NCBI RefSeq assembly: GCF_001194135.2
Contig: NC_068993.1
Span: 84,817-148,816, forward strand
Source of the DNA: Octopus bimaculoides
Taxonomy: Eukaryota
DNA: 64,000 bases
Direction of reading: 5' to 3'
This document shows, one piece after another, positions 25,401 to 38,879 of this stretch (its first letter is position 1; every line of letters begins with the position of its first letter). A program made the position numbers and the translations under genes. A model generated the notes under the pieces. The model had not been told where the DNA came from, made no database searches, and saw only the letters and a program-made list of their open reading frames with translations.

Positions 25401-27139
25401 TGTGTTATCATATTGCTTTAATAATCAGTTTTGGTTTAAACTCGAGTAACAATTAAATGGTCAGGCAGAAGGCCATCACGATCCCCACTCATTTTGGAGG
25501 GTCTTCAATCGTCATGTAGCTACTGTTTATAAAGCCATACATCTAGTGTATTTTATGTATCGCATACAAAGCAGTAATATTTCATCAATCATCAAAGAAA
25601 TTGGCTTCATTCGAAATTCGTTTTACAGTTATAATTTGTGGTCGAATAATTTTATTAATTTCTTCTTCACCATATTGAATTGACTTATGTTCAAAAGATT
25701 CCAACCGTAACAGTCCAGTTTTATTTTATTGATACGTAAGTTACTTGGATCTACACCAGCTGATATGCAATCCTTTTTTGAAGGCAATAGAGTGTTTTGA
25801 ATGAGATATTACTTCTATTTCAATCATGTCGAGCGACATTTAGAAACTTTCTCTTGTTTTACGGACTTCGAGCTTCCGGGATACATCTTCTTTCTATTTA
25901 TCTCGGACTTGTGTCTGCTTCATAAATCATGTAACTTAAAGAAAATTGATAAATATTGTAGACTAAAGAATCTGTTGACTTGATAAACCTGGTTTAAGCA
26001 TTCTGTTGGCTTCGAATACAAAAGACTTGTTTTTATTTCACTCCGTACAAGCCATCCTAAATTCTATTGCCTTAGTTCACATCTGCAAATAATAATTAGC
26101 AGTGTTTCTGATTCTGCTGGCGCCTGAGACAAAAGAGGCTGTCTACTGTACAAAGTCTCTCATGTCTAACCACTCCATGTGTTCTAACAGTAATACTTAA
26201 AGCAAATTCTTTTCGCTGAAGAAACCAATTATGTTCATATTTACTACTATTGACTAGCTTGAAAATTCATTCTAAGATGAGGCCAAAATCTATTACGTGA
26301 AATTGATATTATTAAATCTGCATCCATAATTGTGGGAAAGAAACTTGCTTAAGGGTTGCAAACTCAGGTCCAACGCATAATGTTCAAAGAATTTTCATTG
26401 CTCCCAACAAAATTTTAGTGGGTGCACTTGCACTCACTACATCCCCTGTTCCCGAGCCTATGTCAGCGTCAGTACTTTTTAACCTCGTTTTCTTTCTTTT
26501 CACTGTTTACCAAGTTAGTTCCATCCTGGTTCCCCCCCCCCCATACACGCACTTATATACAACACTGCTGACATTAATAACCTTATAATAGTTTAATACA
26601 AAATACAATGTATATTACATAATATTGCAAATCATATGTTGAAACAGCGTTGGAATCTAGTCTTTTTCATTCGCAAAATCAGCCCCCCCCCACTTTAATT
26701 TTGCTCAGGTTGCTTTCAATTTTGGTGTATCGATGCAACTCTGAATTTTGATTACGATCAACCGATTGCTTTATCTCGTAAACTAAAGAATCTGATGTTA
26801 TTTGGGATTAAAGTTGGGAAATTTGGGTAATTTTCGCCAATCAACAGACAGTGAAGCATTAACAGCTTGTTACCATGACAACCGACCGCACGTTGTGTTG
26901 ATTCTTCACACCACGAGATTTACTTCACCCGCGTGTTTTGTTTTAATAAAAATTTATATTTATCAGTTATAATTTTATTATATTTTTCAATTGTCTTAAT
27001 ATTTTACATACTTTTCATATATAGCAAAAGTTGTTTGCGATGTTTATGCAGTTTCTTGGCATTGTAGAGGTGAATGGAATATACACAACCGCACACCTAC
27101 ACTTGAAGCACAGTACTGACGAAGCATCGACTCAGTACT

Positions 27140-27825
27140 GCAAGTTTCAGGGACTTATTGACTCAGATAACTGGTTAATTCTATTCATAAACATTTAAAT
27201 TAGGAGTATTTCTTAAACCGTTAGCTTCACATTTCAGCAGCTTAACTGAAATTTAGCCCACGTAACAGGAACTGTGAGGGATATCGTGGAACAGAGAAAC
27301 TGTGTGTGGTACAGATAATTTGACATTATTTTTGAATTCTACATACAAAAACATATAAGATACAGGTGTAGGGCAAGATTCGTGACATACGAACTGTAGA
27401 TAGAAACTTCGCTGCGGGCTAGCTAGGAAGTTGGTCAGCAGCAAAAAAAGGGATTTCCGGTAGGAGAAGAAAAACAAAAAGAATGTCAACAGTGAGTGTG
27501 AAACGAGTCTGAATGAATTAAACAGAAATAACTGGCGACTTAAGCCCTGATGTACGTAAAGTAATAAAGCTTTGATAAATGTATTCTCGTCTCCACTAGT
27601 TTGTTTGCATATAGCTTAAAGCTATACAAGTATTCTTTTTCTTGGGACAAATTCATTGTTGACCAGTGTTATTCTTATTATAGTTTACAAATCCAAGCAT
27701 GAAAACGTTACTCAACTTTGGAGTTTTGAAGATAGACGCCCCCTTTTCACACACACACATATGCACTTATATATTAATGGTGTACAGAAATACATGACAG
27801 GTATGCATTATACTGAAATACGCAT
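27140..27825 (-). repeat. Inverted copy of the 573-1010 composite repeat
   Basis: Direct reverse-complement alignment by eye. TGTTGACCAGTG|tta ends at 27668. Confidence 0.75.
27367..27628 (+). mobile_element. Solo-LTR-like insertion (~260 bp)
   Basis: Absent from the homologous copy at about 770. Starts TGTAGGGC, ends GCTATACA, and contains AATAAA. The TSD is ambiguous (cagg/caag, which would shift the right end by 2 bp). Confidence 0.55.
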
Positions 27826-28439
27826 AAAGTAAAATATTAATAGAACAAATTTTTAAAAATAATAAAAACATACAATCAATAAAGAGACAAAAGAAACAGT
27901 AAGATGATACATGTTGATTTTATTAGGTATTTCTGTTTATTTAGAACCCTACAATGAACAGGTCGTTTCACAGGCGCTAAACTATAAATTTCACAGGGTA
28001 CAACCTTAAAGTTGACATTGCTCCGCTAAACGCAGGAAATTTCTGTCTCACTATTGACTAAAAATACACAGCTTTTTCGATTTTTAAACCTCTGTAACTT
28101 TTTCCTCCAATTGTTTTCTCCACAACTTCATATCTTCATAGCAATTAGACTAGAAAACTACATTATTATAGCTGATTTTCAGAATTTTTACTACCTTTTA
28201 AAAAATTTATTTTTTAACAGTCCGGATATTTATTGATCAGGCCACGTATAAGCCATCGTGTTTTAAACATGACTAATAAGGCTGTTGCCATAATAACGAA
28301 GCTAAAATACGCAGAGTGAAACTACTTGGCACAGATTGACCTTGAACTCTGTTGTGCAAGTGCACTAAGTTTTAATGTTCTAGCTCACTTCCACTGTTTA
28401 CAGCAGTGCTTAGAAGGAACGTGTGTAGCGTGTGATCGT

Positions 28440-28880
28440 CACATTGACCATGAATCTGCATCGAATTTTGCCAAAGGCTTGGCGATACCTGTTCAGAGGC
28501 CTACGCAAAGTCACAGCAAATGTATGGAGAGGAGGGCTATGAGCCGAAAAAATGTCGATAGTAACGAACATTCTGCAACCAGTAGAACTGAGAAAAACAA
28601 CGCAGAGGTACGTGCAAATGTGAGAGGAAATTGTCGAATCACCATCTATGAGTTATCAGAGGATGTGCAGGTTAGTTGCAGTTGCAGTTCAGTCCATTAT
28701 CACTGCAGATTTAGCTATGAGACGCATGTCTGTCGAGTTTGTGCCAAAACTGCTTTCAGGTGACAATGCACCTGCCCATTCAGTACAGCTTGTGCTGTAG
28801 TTTTTGGCTAGGCACAGCATTCTCCATGTCCGACAGTCACCATATTCCCCAGATCTCACCTCTTGTGACTTTTTCTTTAT
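28440..28880 (+). mobile_element. Internally deleted mariner transposase relic
   Basis: ICIEFCQRLGDTCSEAY..., RITIYELSEDV..., FVPKLLS, DNAPAHS and PYSPDLTSCDFF (mariner YSPDLAPCDF motif). Confidence 0.85.
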
Positions 28881-29074
28881 CTTTTTCTCCTTCTCAATAC
28901 CCTAGATATTATATTAATCTCTTCTTTTCTTTCTTTAAGACACAAAATATTCACTACCTTCTCCCCCTATGTTGGATTGAGGCCTTCTATAACCGGTTCT
29001 TTTTGTATATATGCTATCAGTTAACGGTTTATAGCCGTTATCGCAGTATATATTTCTAATCGGTATATCTTTAC

Positions 29075-29202
29075 TACCTCTGAAGAGATTCATTTTATAA
29101 TGATTTCAATTTTATAAATTAATTATTTCATAAATTATTAATTAAAATCTAATAAGGATTTTACTTTTTATAAAGATTACTGAATCGAAACAGCCGTCAG
29201 AG
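29075..29202 (+). ncRNA. Degenerate type I hammerhead ribozyme motif in a Penelope pLTR-like relic
   Basis: CTGAAGA (29080), stem II gattca/tgaatc closing about 90 nt of AT-rich sequence, GAAA (29187), c-agcc-g, TC. Stem I is weak (2 bp). Confidence 0.45.
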
Positions 29203-29301
29203 ATGTCATATTTTATAATTAATAAATAATACTTTATTAATTACCTCTCCATTTTCTCCTTATTCTTTATATATATATATATATATATACATACATACAT
29301 A

Positions 29302-31101
29302 CAGTATCTCACAGAAGTATGTACACCCCTAAAAATTTTCTGTAAAATTGCCATTTACTCTGATAATATTGAAGGAAATCAAACGAAATTTAAACTGACT
29401 AAAATATATTATACATGCAAACATTATACAAATTTGGAACACAAAACAACAAACATTTTCAAAGAAATATTGGTTTTCTAACAATACAAAATATGTATAC
29501 CCTGAAAGAAATTTGCTACATTCTATATTTTATCCACTTTTTTTACTAAATTCAGATTTTGCTGATAATTTCAATTCTAATCAATTATTTCTCCTGGCAT
29601 TTCTGCACTGGTCATTGTTATTGCATCTGCAGGAATTCTGATTAGTGCACCGTGGTGAAAATCTTCTTTATTGTAATTAAAATGGCAGCAAAAGGAAAAG
29701 AATTGTCTGAAGATTTTTTTTTTTATTTTTAAATTTGCACAAGAATGGTTTAGGTTACAAATTAATTGGCAAACAAATACAATTTGGTGTAAACACAGTT
29801 ACCAAAGTAATTCAGAAGTACAAAGCTACTGGACGGCTAAGCAATAAACATCGTCCAGGTCATTCTTCTATTTTAACTGCACGTCTATATTCGCCACGTC
29901 CAACGTTGCGTGATGGACGACATGCGTCGTACTGCTTCATCTTTGGTCTAAGAAGTGTCTTCTGTTAGTGGAAAGAGTTTTCTGCCCAAATAGTTCGCCG
30001 AAGTTTGAACCAGTGGGGGTCTTCATGGACGCATTCCTCGTAGGAAGCCTCTCCTCACTACCAGGCATAAGGCAAGTCATCTTTCTTTTGCCGAAACTTA
30101 TGTAAGGGGAACGAGTTTTGGAATAAAATTCTTTTTTCTGGCGAGACTAAAATCAACTTGTTTGGGTCAGATGGTATTAAACGAGTATGGCGACAACCAA
30201 GTGAAGATAATAGTGACAAATGCACCGTGTCTACCATGGGACACATAGCGGAAACGTTATGCTTTGGGGATGCATGAGTGCGGCTGGTGTGGGAGGACTC
30301 ACATTTATTGAGAGCAATGGATTCAAGGCTTTGTTGTAACATATTGCAGAAAACAATGTTGAAAAGAATCAAGGAACTAGGAAGACATTCCATGTTTCAG
30401 CATGATAATGACCTTAAACACACTTCAAATATGACGACTAAGTTTTTATCAGATAGAAAGGTAAAGCTATTGCCTTGGCCTACCATGTCACCTGATTTAA
30501 ACCCAAGAGAACATTTGTGGGGAAAAGGAAAGTTGAGGAGAAAAGACCCCGTAACACAGATGAAAGACATCATTCAGGATGAACGGAGGTCGATTTCATC
30601 ATCATCATCATCATCATCATCGTTTAACGTCCGCTTTCCATGCTAGCATGGGTTGGACGACTTGACTGAGGACTGGTGAAACTGGATGGCAACACCAGGT
30701 TCCAATCTAAATTTGGCAGAGTTTCTACAGCTGGATGCCCTTCCTAACGCCAACCACTCAGAGAGTGTAGTAGGTGCTTTTACGTGTCACCTGCACGAAG
30801 GCCAGTCAGGCGGTTCTGGCAACGGCCACGCTCGAAATGGTGCATCTTATGTGCATGCCCAGAAGACTTAATGCAGTCATTAAAAGCAACGGCGGACACA
30901 CCAAATGTTGAATATAGCAAATAATCTTTTAGGGTGTACATATTTTTGTATCAATTGAAAATTAAGATTCCGTTCATATCTTTGAAAATGTTTATTGTTT
31001 TGTGTTCCAAATTTGTATAACGTTTGCATGTTTAATATATTTTATTCAGTATAAATTTCATTTGATTTCCTTCAATATTATCAGTGTAGTGGCAATTTTA
31101 C
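29302..31101 (+). mobile_element. Tc1 (DD34E) transposon with ~200-bp IR/DR-type TIRs, decayed
   Basis: TA|CAGTATCTCACAGAAGTATGTACACCC left end. MAAKGKELS..., ILFSGETKINLFGSDG, FQHDNDLKHT, WPTMSPDLNPREHLW, MPRRLNAVIKSNGGHTK. The right TIR (30930-31101) is the reverse complement of about 29342-29500 and lacks the outer ~40 bp. Confidence 0.9.
30598..30850 (-). mobile_element. RTE-associated SINE / LINE 3' end with (GAT)n tail, nested in the Tc1
   Basis: Same family at 32745-33020 (+), 34614-34758 (-) and 41241-41780 (-). It splits the transposase C-terminus. Confidence 0.75.
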
Positions 31102-31520
31102 TTTCATTCCCTGTTAAAGATTGGCTTTATTTTTGCTTTGCCTTACTTTTTGACAAAAACAACAATATACTTTGTATCCAAATTGGAAACTTTGGCATTA
31201 CATGTAACATAGGTTTTTAACTTTCTTATTTATCAAATATTATTGTTATGGTTGCAGCTGGCAGCTCTCAGTCTGGTAACTATTGAGATAAGTTTCAGTA
31301 AGGAACAGCTTTTTGTATCTCTCTTATTTATCATAATGATGACAAATGCGATGATCAAACTGAGGCTGGTTTGTAGATTACCATAATGTCTTACTTCAAA
31401 TCATTACTCCCAATGGAAGTCTCTGCAGCACTTTTCAACATTAACCTAGTCATTTCTTCAATTAAAAGAAAACTAGTAGCTATATATATATTTAATTCTG
31501 TACATCACACCTAACACTCT

Positions 31521-31585
<65 letters not shown>

Positions 31586-32177
31586 CACTTTAGACTGCCA
31601 TTTCTTTGATAACGGTTCTGCCAGAAATATTGTGCTGCCAACAAACAGGTAAATCTACTTACAGAATGTTTTCTTCACAGAAAATATTCAACTCTGTTCT
31701 TCAACTGATGGTTGCTGAAATCTCATTTATTTCTTAGCTTTTTTAAACTGCTTTTTATAGTTGATTCTTTATTCTTGTATTCTTAAATTCTTGTATTCTT
31801 AAATTAGCTGCAACACTGCAGGCTGTGTTAAGAACTTTAGCAACAAAAAGACAAAATTATTGTAAATACCTTAAAAGAGAACGATCTCATAAACTGCATT
31901 ACAAGTTCTACTCAAAGATGAAAACAACTCCTGAACTGAATATGAGACATCTGAAATACTATGAAACATTAAATGCATTGTTAAAGAGATTCAAGCACCG
32001 ATGTGTGGTTAGAAAAGTTCATTGTGTAACTGTCTGGCTCTATGTGTAATTCCACTGTGAAACACTTTTGCAAGTTATTCCTACCATAGCCCTGGATTGA
32101 CCTGTGCCTTCTGAAAGAAATTTGGTGAGCACAAACTTTGTAAGTTTGTCATGTGCATGTGTAATATGTATATACAG

Positions 32178-32378
32178 GTCGGGTGGGGTGCTGAAGTTCC
32201 TGGCTTTGGATTAAAGAAGATAGAGAGTATCAGTTAATTATGATTTTATTCAACATATTCCCCTCTCAGATTCACACACTTATTGTGGGTGGTCTTACAG
32301 TTTTTCTAAGCCCTGTTAGAGAACTTGGAGGGTTGGGCCTCAAATCAGGCCTTTTGCAATGCCCTGAAAGCCAGGAAC
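32178..32378. mobile_element. Mariner-derived MITE
   Basis: ggggtgctgaagttcctggcttt ... aaagccaggaact inverted termini. Confidence 0.6.
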
Positions 32379-32502
32379 TATAGTAGAAGACACTCGCCCA
32401 AGGTGCCATTCAGTGGGACTGAACCCAGAATTATGTGATTGGGAAGCAAGCTTCTTACTACACAGCCATGTCTGCACCTACACACACACACACACACATA
32501 TA

Positions 32503-32728
32503 CAGTAATCCCTCAACTATCGCAGATGTTGTGTTCCAAAAGCCCCCTGTGATTGGTGAAAATCCATGAAATAGAAACAGTACTGAACTGTATATTTTTG
32601 AAAATTATTTTTATAATTTGTATATATTTATTTTATTATAAATGCAAAACAACACCATGGAAGAATCGACGTAAGCTTAAATAATAAACTGCGATAGGTG
32701 AACCGCGATACGACAAGGGATTACTCTG
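32503..32728. mobile_element. pogo/Tigger-like MITE
   Basis: ta|CAGTAATCCCT ... AGGGATTACT inverted termini. Confidence 0.6.
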
Positions 32729-34544
32729 TGTATGTGGCAATGATGAATGACCGAGACCTTTGGCATTATGTTGTGATTGAGAAGACCCATCAAGCCAAGC
32801 AAAAGTGCAGTCATGGCAGATACTGATGCCACATAAATGGCACCTGAGCCAGTGGTATGTAAAAGCACCCATTCTCAGAGTGGTTGGCATTAGGAAGGGC
32901 ATCAAGCTGTAGAAATCATGCCAAATCAGACTGGAGTCTGGTGCAGCCTTGCAGCTTGCCAGCCCCTGGTCAAACCGTCCAACCCATACCAGCATGGACA
33001 ACAGACGTTAAATGATGATGATATACACATGCACATGCACGCACGCACACACGCGCACACTCACTCATATACATACAGACAGATGTATGTGTGCATATGT
33101 GTATGTTTGTTTAATGAGCTAAAAGAATGGGCTGTCAGGTGCAGTACTATGCTTTTGAATAATGAAGTGTCAATGCATTGCATACCATATGAAAAAATAG
33201 TTCTTAGTTCATTGACATTTCCCATTTAGAAAGGAGAAAGAAAAGAAGAGACTATAAACAATTAATGAAGAGTCGACAGAAAATGGAAGATAATTTCAAG
33301 AAATTTGGAATTAATTTCTCATATTTAAATGCATAGAGGAATAAAAGTCAGACTTGAAGAGACAATCCACACAGAGATGGGAACATGCATGTAGTTGTTC
33401 CTTTTGCTTGAAAACAAAGATCATCTAGTCTTCTGCTCAGCATGTAAATTAACTTTGTGTGATTAATTCTTAATTACTTGAAAATTCTCTTTTCTGTAAT
33501 AGTTACTAACCTTCACTACTATGGCATAGTTATCTTTCTCCATGTAAGAGGCGAATTTCAATTAATTAGAAGTTTTTGGTGTACATCATCTCTTAACTTA
33601 TTGATGTCCATAACGTGTGTGCATGTGTGTGTGAGACAGCAAATGATAAACACATTGGTGAGAAAATTATCAATAAACTAGAATATCATAAAAAACAAAA
33701 TACTTTTTGACATTTATTTTCTTCTGCCGTTGCCAAGACATTTTCTTGCTGGTCCCAGAAGAAAATGTCTGCTGGATCCTTGCGATAATAACTAAAATGA
33801 TATTATTGTAAACAAAATGCTTGATTTTAAAATCAAAATTTTTTTGAAAATAAACAATTTTATTCTCTTGTGGCTGTTAGGGTTTATGTGTGGAGGGCTG
33901 GGTGCTACTCGCTTACACGATAAGGAATTGTAAGGCACAGAATCACTTGGTCAATGGAATATAAGTTTGACAACAGATTGACTCCATTTCCTGGCTTTTG
34001 GTATTTCAGTGTCTTCAGCAGATTGTTTGGTATTTAGGTATCTTCAGAATGCATTATAGTGCAAGTATAGGAGTAAGACAGCATCATAATCTTGAAAATG
34101 GTCAGGGAAACTGTTCTTCCTCCTCTGACTAAGCCAAAAGGTAAAAACAAAATATTTTTGGTAAAGTTCACAAATTTGGAAGTTTGATCAGAATTCTTCA
34201 ATAATATTTTGGGATCATCTTCATCAATAAATAAACAGTAAAAATATAATTTTTTAATGTATCTTTCTGTAATATGTGTTGCAAGGTACTACATCTTCAA
34301 CTACACAAGCCATGAGTTAATATGGAAGACTATGTGATCAGTCTTTACAAGAAATAGCTGCCAAATCCCTACTGAAATTACACCCTACTGTCTTCATAGG
34401 CACATAAGATGATATAGTCCTAGTTATACTCTGTCTCAATAAAATGAGATGGCTAATGGCTGGAACAGCTTTGGTTGCAAGTCTGCTGAATCAGAGCTGG
34501 CTTTGAGTTACTGTTGTTAATACTGTTATACTGCATATTAGATA

Positions 34545-34614
<70 letters not shown>

Positions 34615-36265
34615 CATCATCATCATCGTTTAACGTCCGCTTCCCATGCTAGCATGGGTTGGACGATTTGACTGAGGACGGGTGAAACCGGATGGCAACA
34701 CCAGGCTCCAATCTAATTTGACAGAGTTTCTACAGCTGGATGCCCTTCCTAACGCCATTATATTATAATACTGTATATTAGATAATAGTTCTATTTATAG
34801 ATGTAGTTCTATTTATACACTTACATCTCAAGAAAAGTTGTGATAGTTACAGCTGGAGTGATTTTGATTATAGGTCGTCTGCTGGATCATGACTAAATAA
34901 CAACAATCAGATAATCCATTAATATTCTTTTTACTAATCTAACTCACATGTCAGAGTACTATAGCTTTCACAGATATCAACCTAATATCTTGCTTTACTC
35001 AATAGATTATTTCTAGGAAGAGGGTGAAATGAAGCATGCATTATGTTAATTGAATAAACATTTAAACAAGATCATGAAATAATGCTTTATAACAATAGAC
35101 AGTTATTTAATTAATATCCTAAACCATTCAAATTAGTGATAAACATTTAACTTTTAACAACTTCTTTCCATTTTGTTTATGCCAGGTTTTGAAGCAAGTG
35201 CAAAGCAGGAGATTAACTGTTGAGTGGAATTGAATTCCATTTGCTGAATCCTCTTCTTCTAAGTCGACTCACACTGACACATTTCATTTCAATTCACTCA
35301 GACGAATTACTAACTAAAATGATAAATGAGGAAAGAACTTCTTTTAAGGCTTTAAAAAAAAGACTAATCAAAAGCCAGGGAATTGGCAGAACTCTAAGAA
35401 CATTGAACTGGATGTCTTGTGGAATTTGTTCTAGCTCTAATGTTCTGAGTTCAAATCCTGCCATAGCCTACTTCATTGGTAGACTTAACTTGTCACCCAG
35501 TTTAACACCCCACTACACACACACACCTGGCACTTTTGGTGCCTTTAGTGCGTCCCACTCTGTTACAAGCATTCAGGCCTGGTTTTGAGTTTGAGAATAC
35601 CTTTCCCATCCCTTCCACCAGCTTCTAAGCTCCCATAAAAGGTCATGCACCCTGCTTTTCGTCCTGACTAAAAGATAAAACACACACACACAAGAGACAA
35701 CACAAAGTAGCTCTATGTAGAAGCTTTTGGAGAAGATAATCAGAGAGGTATTTCAGTGTCATTGCTACATACCTACAAGATGATAACCAATTAGCAGAAT
35801 CATTAGTGCATCAGATGGATTGCTTCCTTCAGGTTCTCTGCATTCTGAATTCAGATACCATTGAAACCAACTTTGCCTTTCATCTTCTCAAACACAATAA
35901 ATAAAGTACCAGTCTTGTGCTGGGGCCAATTTTTCTTTCTCTACACTTTCTTTCTGGCTTTCTTCTAGAAGAAATCAGCTATGATCAGACTGGATGGCTA
36001 GTTTTCAGGGATAATGATTTGATGATATAGGTGGCATGGCAATGTTTGTGAAGGATACAGCATTACACACCTGAATTTTCTCAAAGACGATTCAAGAATT
36101 GGGTTCAACAGTGATGCAAATGCATCACCTGTGAAAGAGATTGTGCTGAACTGTACTTTTGTATAGAGGAAGTGCTACTCTACTGATGCATGCAGCGTGA
36201 ATCACCTATGTTAATCATGTTATTTGGGTTGAGCACTTCATTCAAAATACCTTATGTTTATACGC

Positions 36266-36391
<126 letters not shown>

Positions 36392-36954
36392 ATTCATATT
36401 ACTAACTCATTGGAAAGTGCTGAAGTTAACACAGTTTTCTTTCTGAAAGAAAGACAAATGGGGAAAAAAACATTTTAATCATGCTGGAGTAGTAATGGTA
36501 ACACACTGGATTACTTAATAGCATAGCTTCTCTCTCTCTGTATGTGTATATATATATATATATATCACCATCCTACTTTTAAAAAGGCTATAGTCCTTTT
36601 TTTATTTTCTTTTATACTGATATTGTACACCGATTCAGTAAGAAACTCGAAACGACCTTAGCTTACTCAGTTACAGTCAATAATACAGACATTTGGCTAT
36701 AACTATCCATAAAAGCTATCGTAGATCTCTCCAAAGTAAGTGGAGCAAATTGGTGTCATTATTTATTTCACTTCTTTTTTTGTTTTCTAAAGATTTCTCC
36801 CAACTAATGATCCAATTGACTGCAATCTAATGATTTTACATTTTAAACAAAATGGAAGTTGCAAATACAAAGATTACATACATGAGAGCAAGAATACACA
36901 GTTGAATACCTGATGTATGGGCTCTCATGTTTTAATTATTATAGTTTATAAGGC

Positions 36955-37165
36955 TGTGAGCTGGCAGAAACATTAGCATGCCAGGCGAAATGCATAGCGG
37001 TATTTCGTCTGTCTTTATATTCTGAGTTCAAATTCCACCAAGGTCGACTTTGCCTTTCATCCTTTCTGGGTTGATCAATTAAGTACTAGTTGCATACTGG
37101 TGTCGATCTAATCAACTGTCACCCACTCCCCAAAATTTCGGGCCTTGTGCCTAGAGTAGAAAATA
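36955..37165 (+). mobile_element. tRNA-derived SINE, third family (also 52270-52430 and 53910-54142)
   Basis: gagctggcagaa..ttagc (A box), gagttcaaattcc (B box), and the central ctttgcctttcatcctttcggggtcgat block shared by all three copies. Confidence 0.75.
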
Positions 37166-37416
37166 ATTATAGTTTATACTCTCTCTCCCCCCTCTCTCTC
37201 ATTCTGTTGTACATTTACTATTTATATTTCAACTCGACTATAAGTAACCTACAATAAGTGTAATTCACACATACATTCACACCCATATATATATATATAA
37301 ATGTAGAGACTCTCAACACGACCGATCTATATTCCATTTATTTAATTCTTTACCATTCGATGTCAACATTTCTGTGCCCAACTCTAACCAGCGACTGATC
37401 CGTTGGATGTCTGACG

Positions 37417-37792
37417 TTTGGCACTTCCTCAGGAGTGGCTTCCATCAGAACAAATTACGAAAAAACACAATTAACGATCATAACAGATTATTAAAATACC
37501 TGACTATAACTCCGCCATGCTGCCTTCATTTATTTTGTTTACTATATACAGGGGAGGTAACTCCTTAATCTTTCCAATTGCTATCGCTCTCCTGTGAATG
37601 TCTACTAGATTAATTTATTTTATTTATTTATTTATTTATTTATTTATACAGTATATAGTAAACAAAATAAACGAAGGCAGCATGGCGGAGTTATAGTCAG
37701 GTATTTTAATAATCTGTTATGATCGTTAATTGTGTTAATTGTGTTTTTTCGTAATTTGTTCTGATGGAAGCCATTCCTGAGGAAGTGCCAAA
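37417..37792. repeat. Long inverted repeat (arms 37417-37549 and 37651-37792)
   Basis: Arms are near-perfect reverse complements (2 substitutions seen, plus one 9-bp duplication in the right arm). The spacer of about 100 bp contains (TTTA)n. The right arm runs into an N gap. Confidence 0.85.
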
Positions 37793-37802
37793 NNNNNNNN
37801 NN

Positions 37803-37854
<52 letters not shown>

Positions 37855-38879
37855 TCACTGTGTGTGTGATCATCAACATATTTTTTAATGTCCATCTTCC
37901 ATACTGGCACAGGTTCGATAGTTTGGCAGGATCCCTTGGAGTGGAAAACTGCATCCTACTCCAGTATATATTTTGGTATGATTTCTACGGCTGGTTGACC
38001 TTTCTAATGCCAATCATTTTACAGTGTCCTGTGTGCTATATTCATTCAATGGAGCCAGCACTAGTAAGATTACCATGAAGTTTACAAGACAAAGATACCC
38101 ATTGACAGAGTGGACCTATATAGTAGATAGAAAGGAAGCTTTATGCTAGATGATGTAAAGTTAGAATATAAAGGAACCAGAACTGGGGGCGGTCATTAGA
38201 GATGGGATAGATGTTACAGAATTATGAACAAAGATTAAGGCAGGGAGTGGTGATTGTCCAGTTGGATGGAAGGGAGGGAAAAGTAGGTACTGACTGGCTG
38301 TACAGAAGGGGTGAAGAGCAGCAGAATGGTAATAATGCATTAGACAAAAGAAGGATGAAGAAAAGGGGGGAAATATGTTGGAAAGTACACTGCAGGAGTG
38401 TAAGTGGTAAGAGAGAACCATAGTATGAGGTGAGAGTAAAAAAATGTATGGTGATGGGGGAGTTCAACTGGAAGTGATTCAGTGGAGAAGAGGTAATTTG
38501 CATAGAAGATTGTGGTAAATGATGTAAAAATTTGAGAAGGGAGGGACTCTGTCAAGAATGAAAGAGGAATGTCAAAAGAAGTGATTCCAGATAGTATCAC
38601 AGAAAAGATGATAAATTGTGTAGTTCTGCCGTCAGAATACTGCAGTTAAGAAAGTGGTGGAAAAATCAGTGATAGAGAGATGAAATGGTGGAGGGAAAGA
38701 CTTGATAAGAAAATTGAGCAAGAGACCTAGTTATTTATATATACATTATGTACTCATTATATACACATTATGTATCAAGAACCTCGGTTTCACGAAGACA
38801 GCCATGTGGATCTTCTCAAGTACCTCATATCACCTGTCATCTTAACCATCTCCCCCAAGGAGATTCAAATTCCTGAGAT

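Noticed and set aside
1103-25449. Long ORFs of 150-300 aa made largely of X, or of YI/HT/CV/SL repeats
   Set aside because: They read through N gaps or microsatellites and are not coding.
25480-26461. Possible hAT relic (cctatg end; SCER-like dimerisation motif)
   Set aside because: It needs several frameshifts to see the motif and only one candidate end was found.
30660-30690. CTGAGGA-ctggt-GAAA (also at about 34672 and 41296)
   Set aside because: The five nucleotides between the cores cannot form stem II. It is part of the RTE-associated repeat.
33881-33929. Candidate exon (GLCVEGWVLLAYTIRN) between AG and GTAAGG
   Set aside because: It cannot be read as phase 1-1 and matches no domain.
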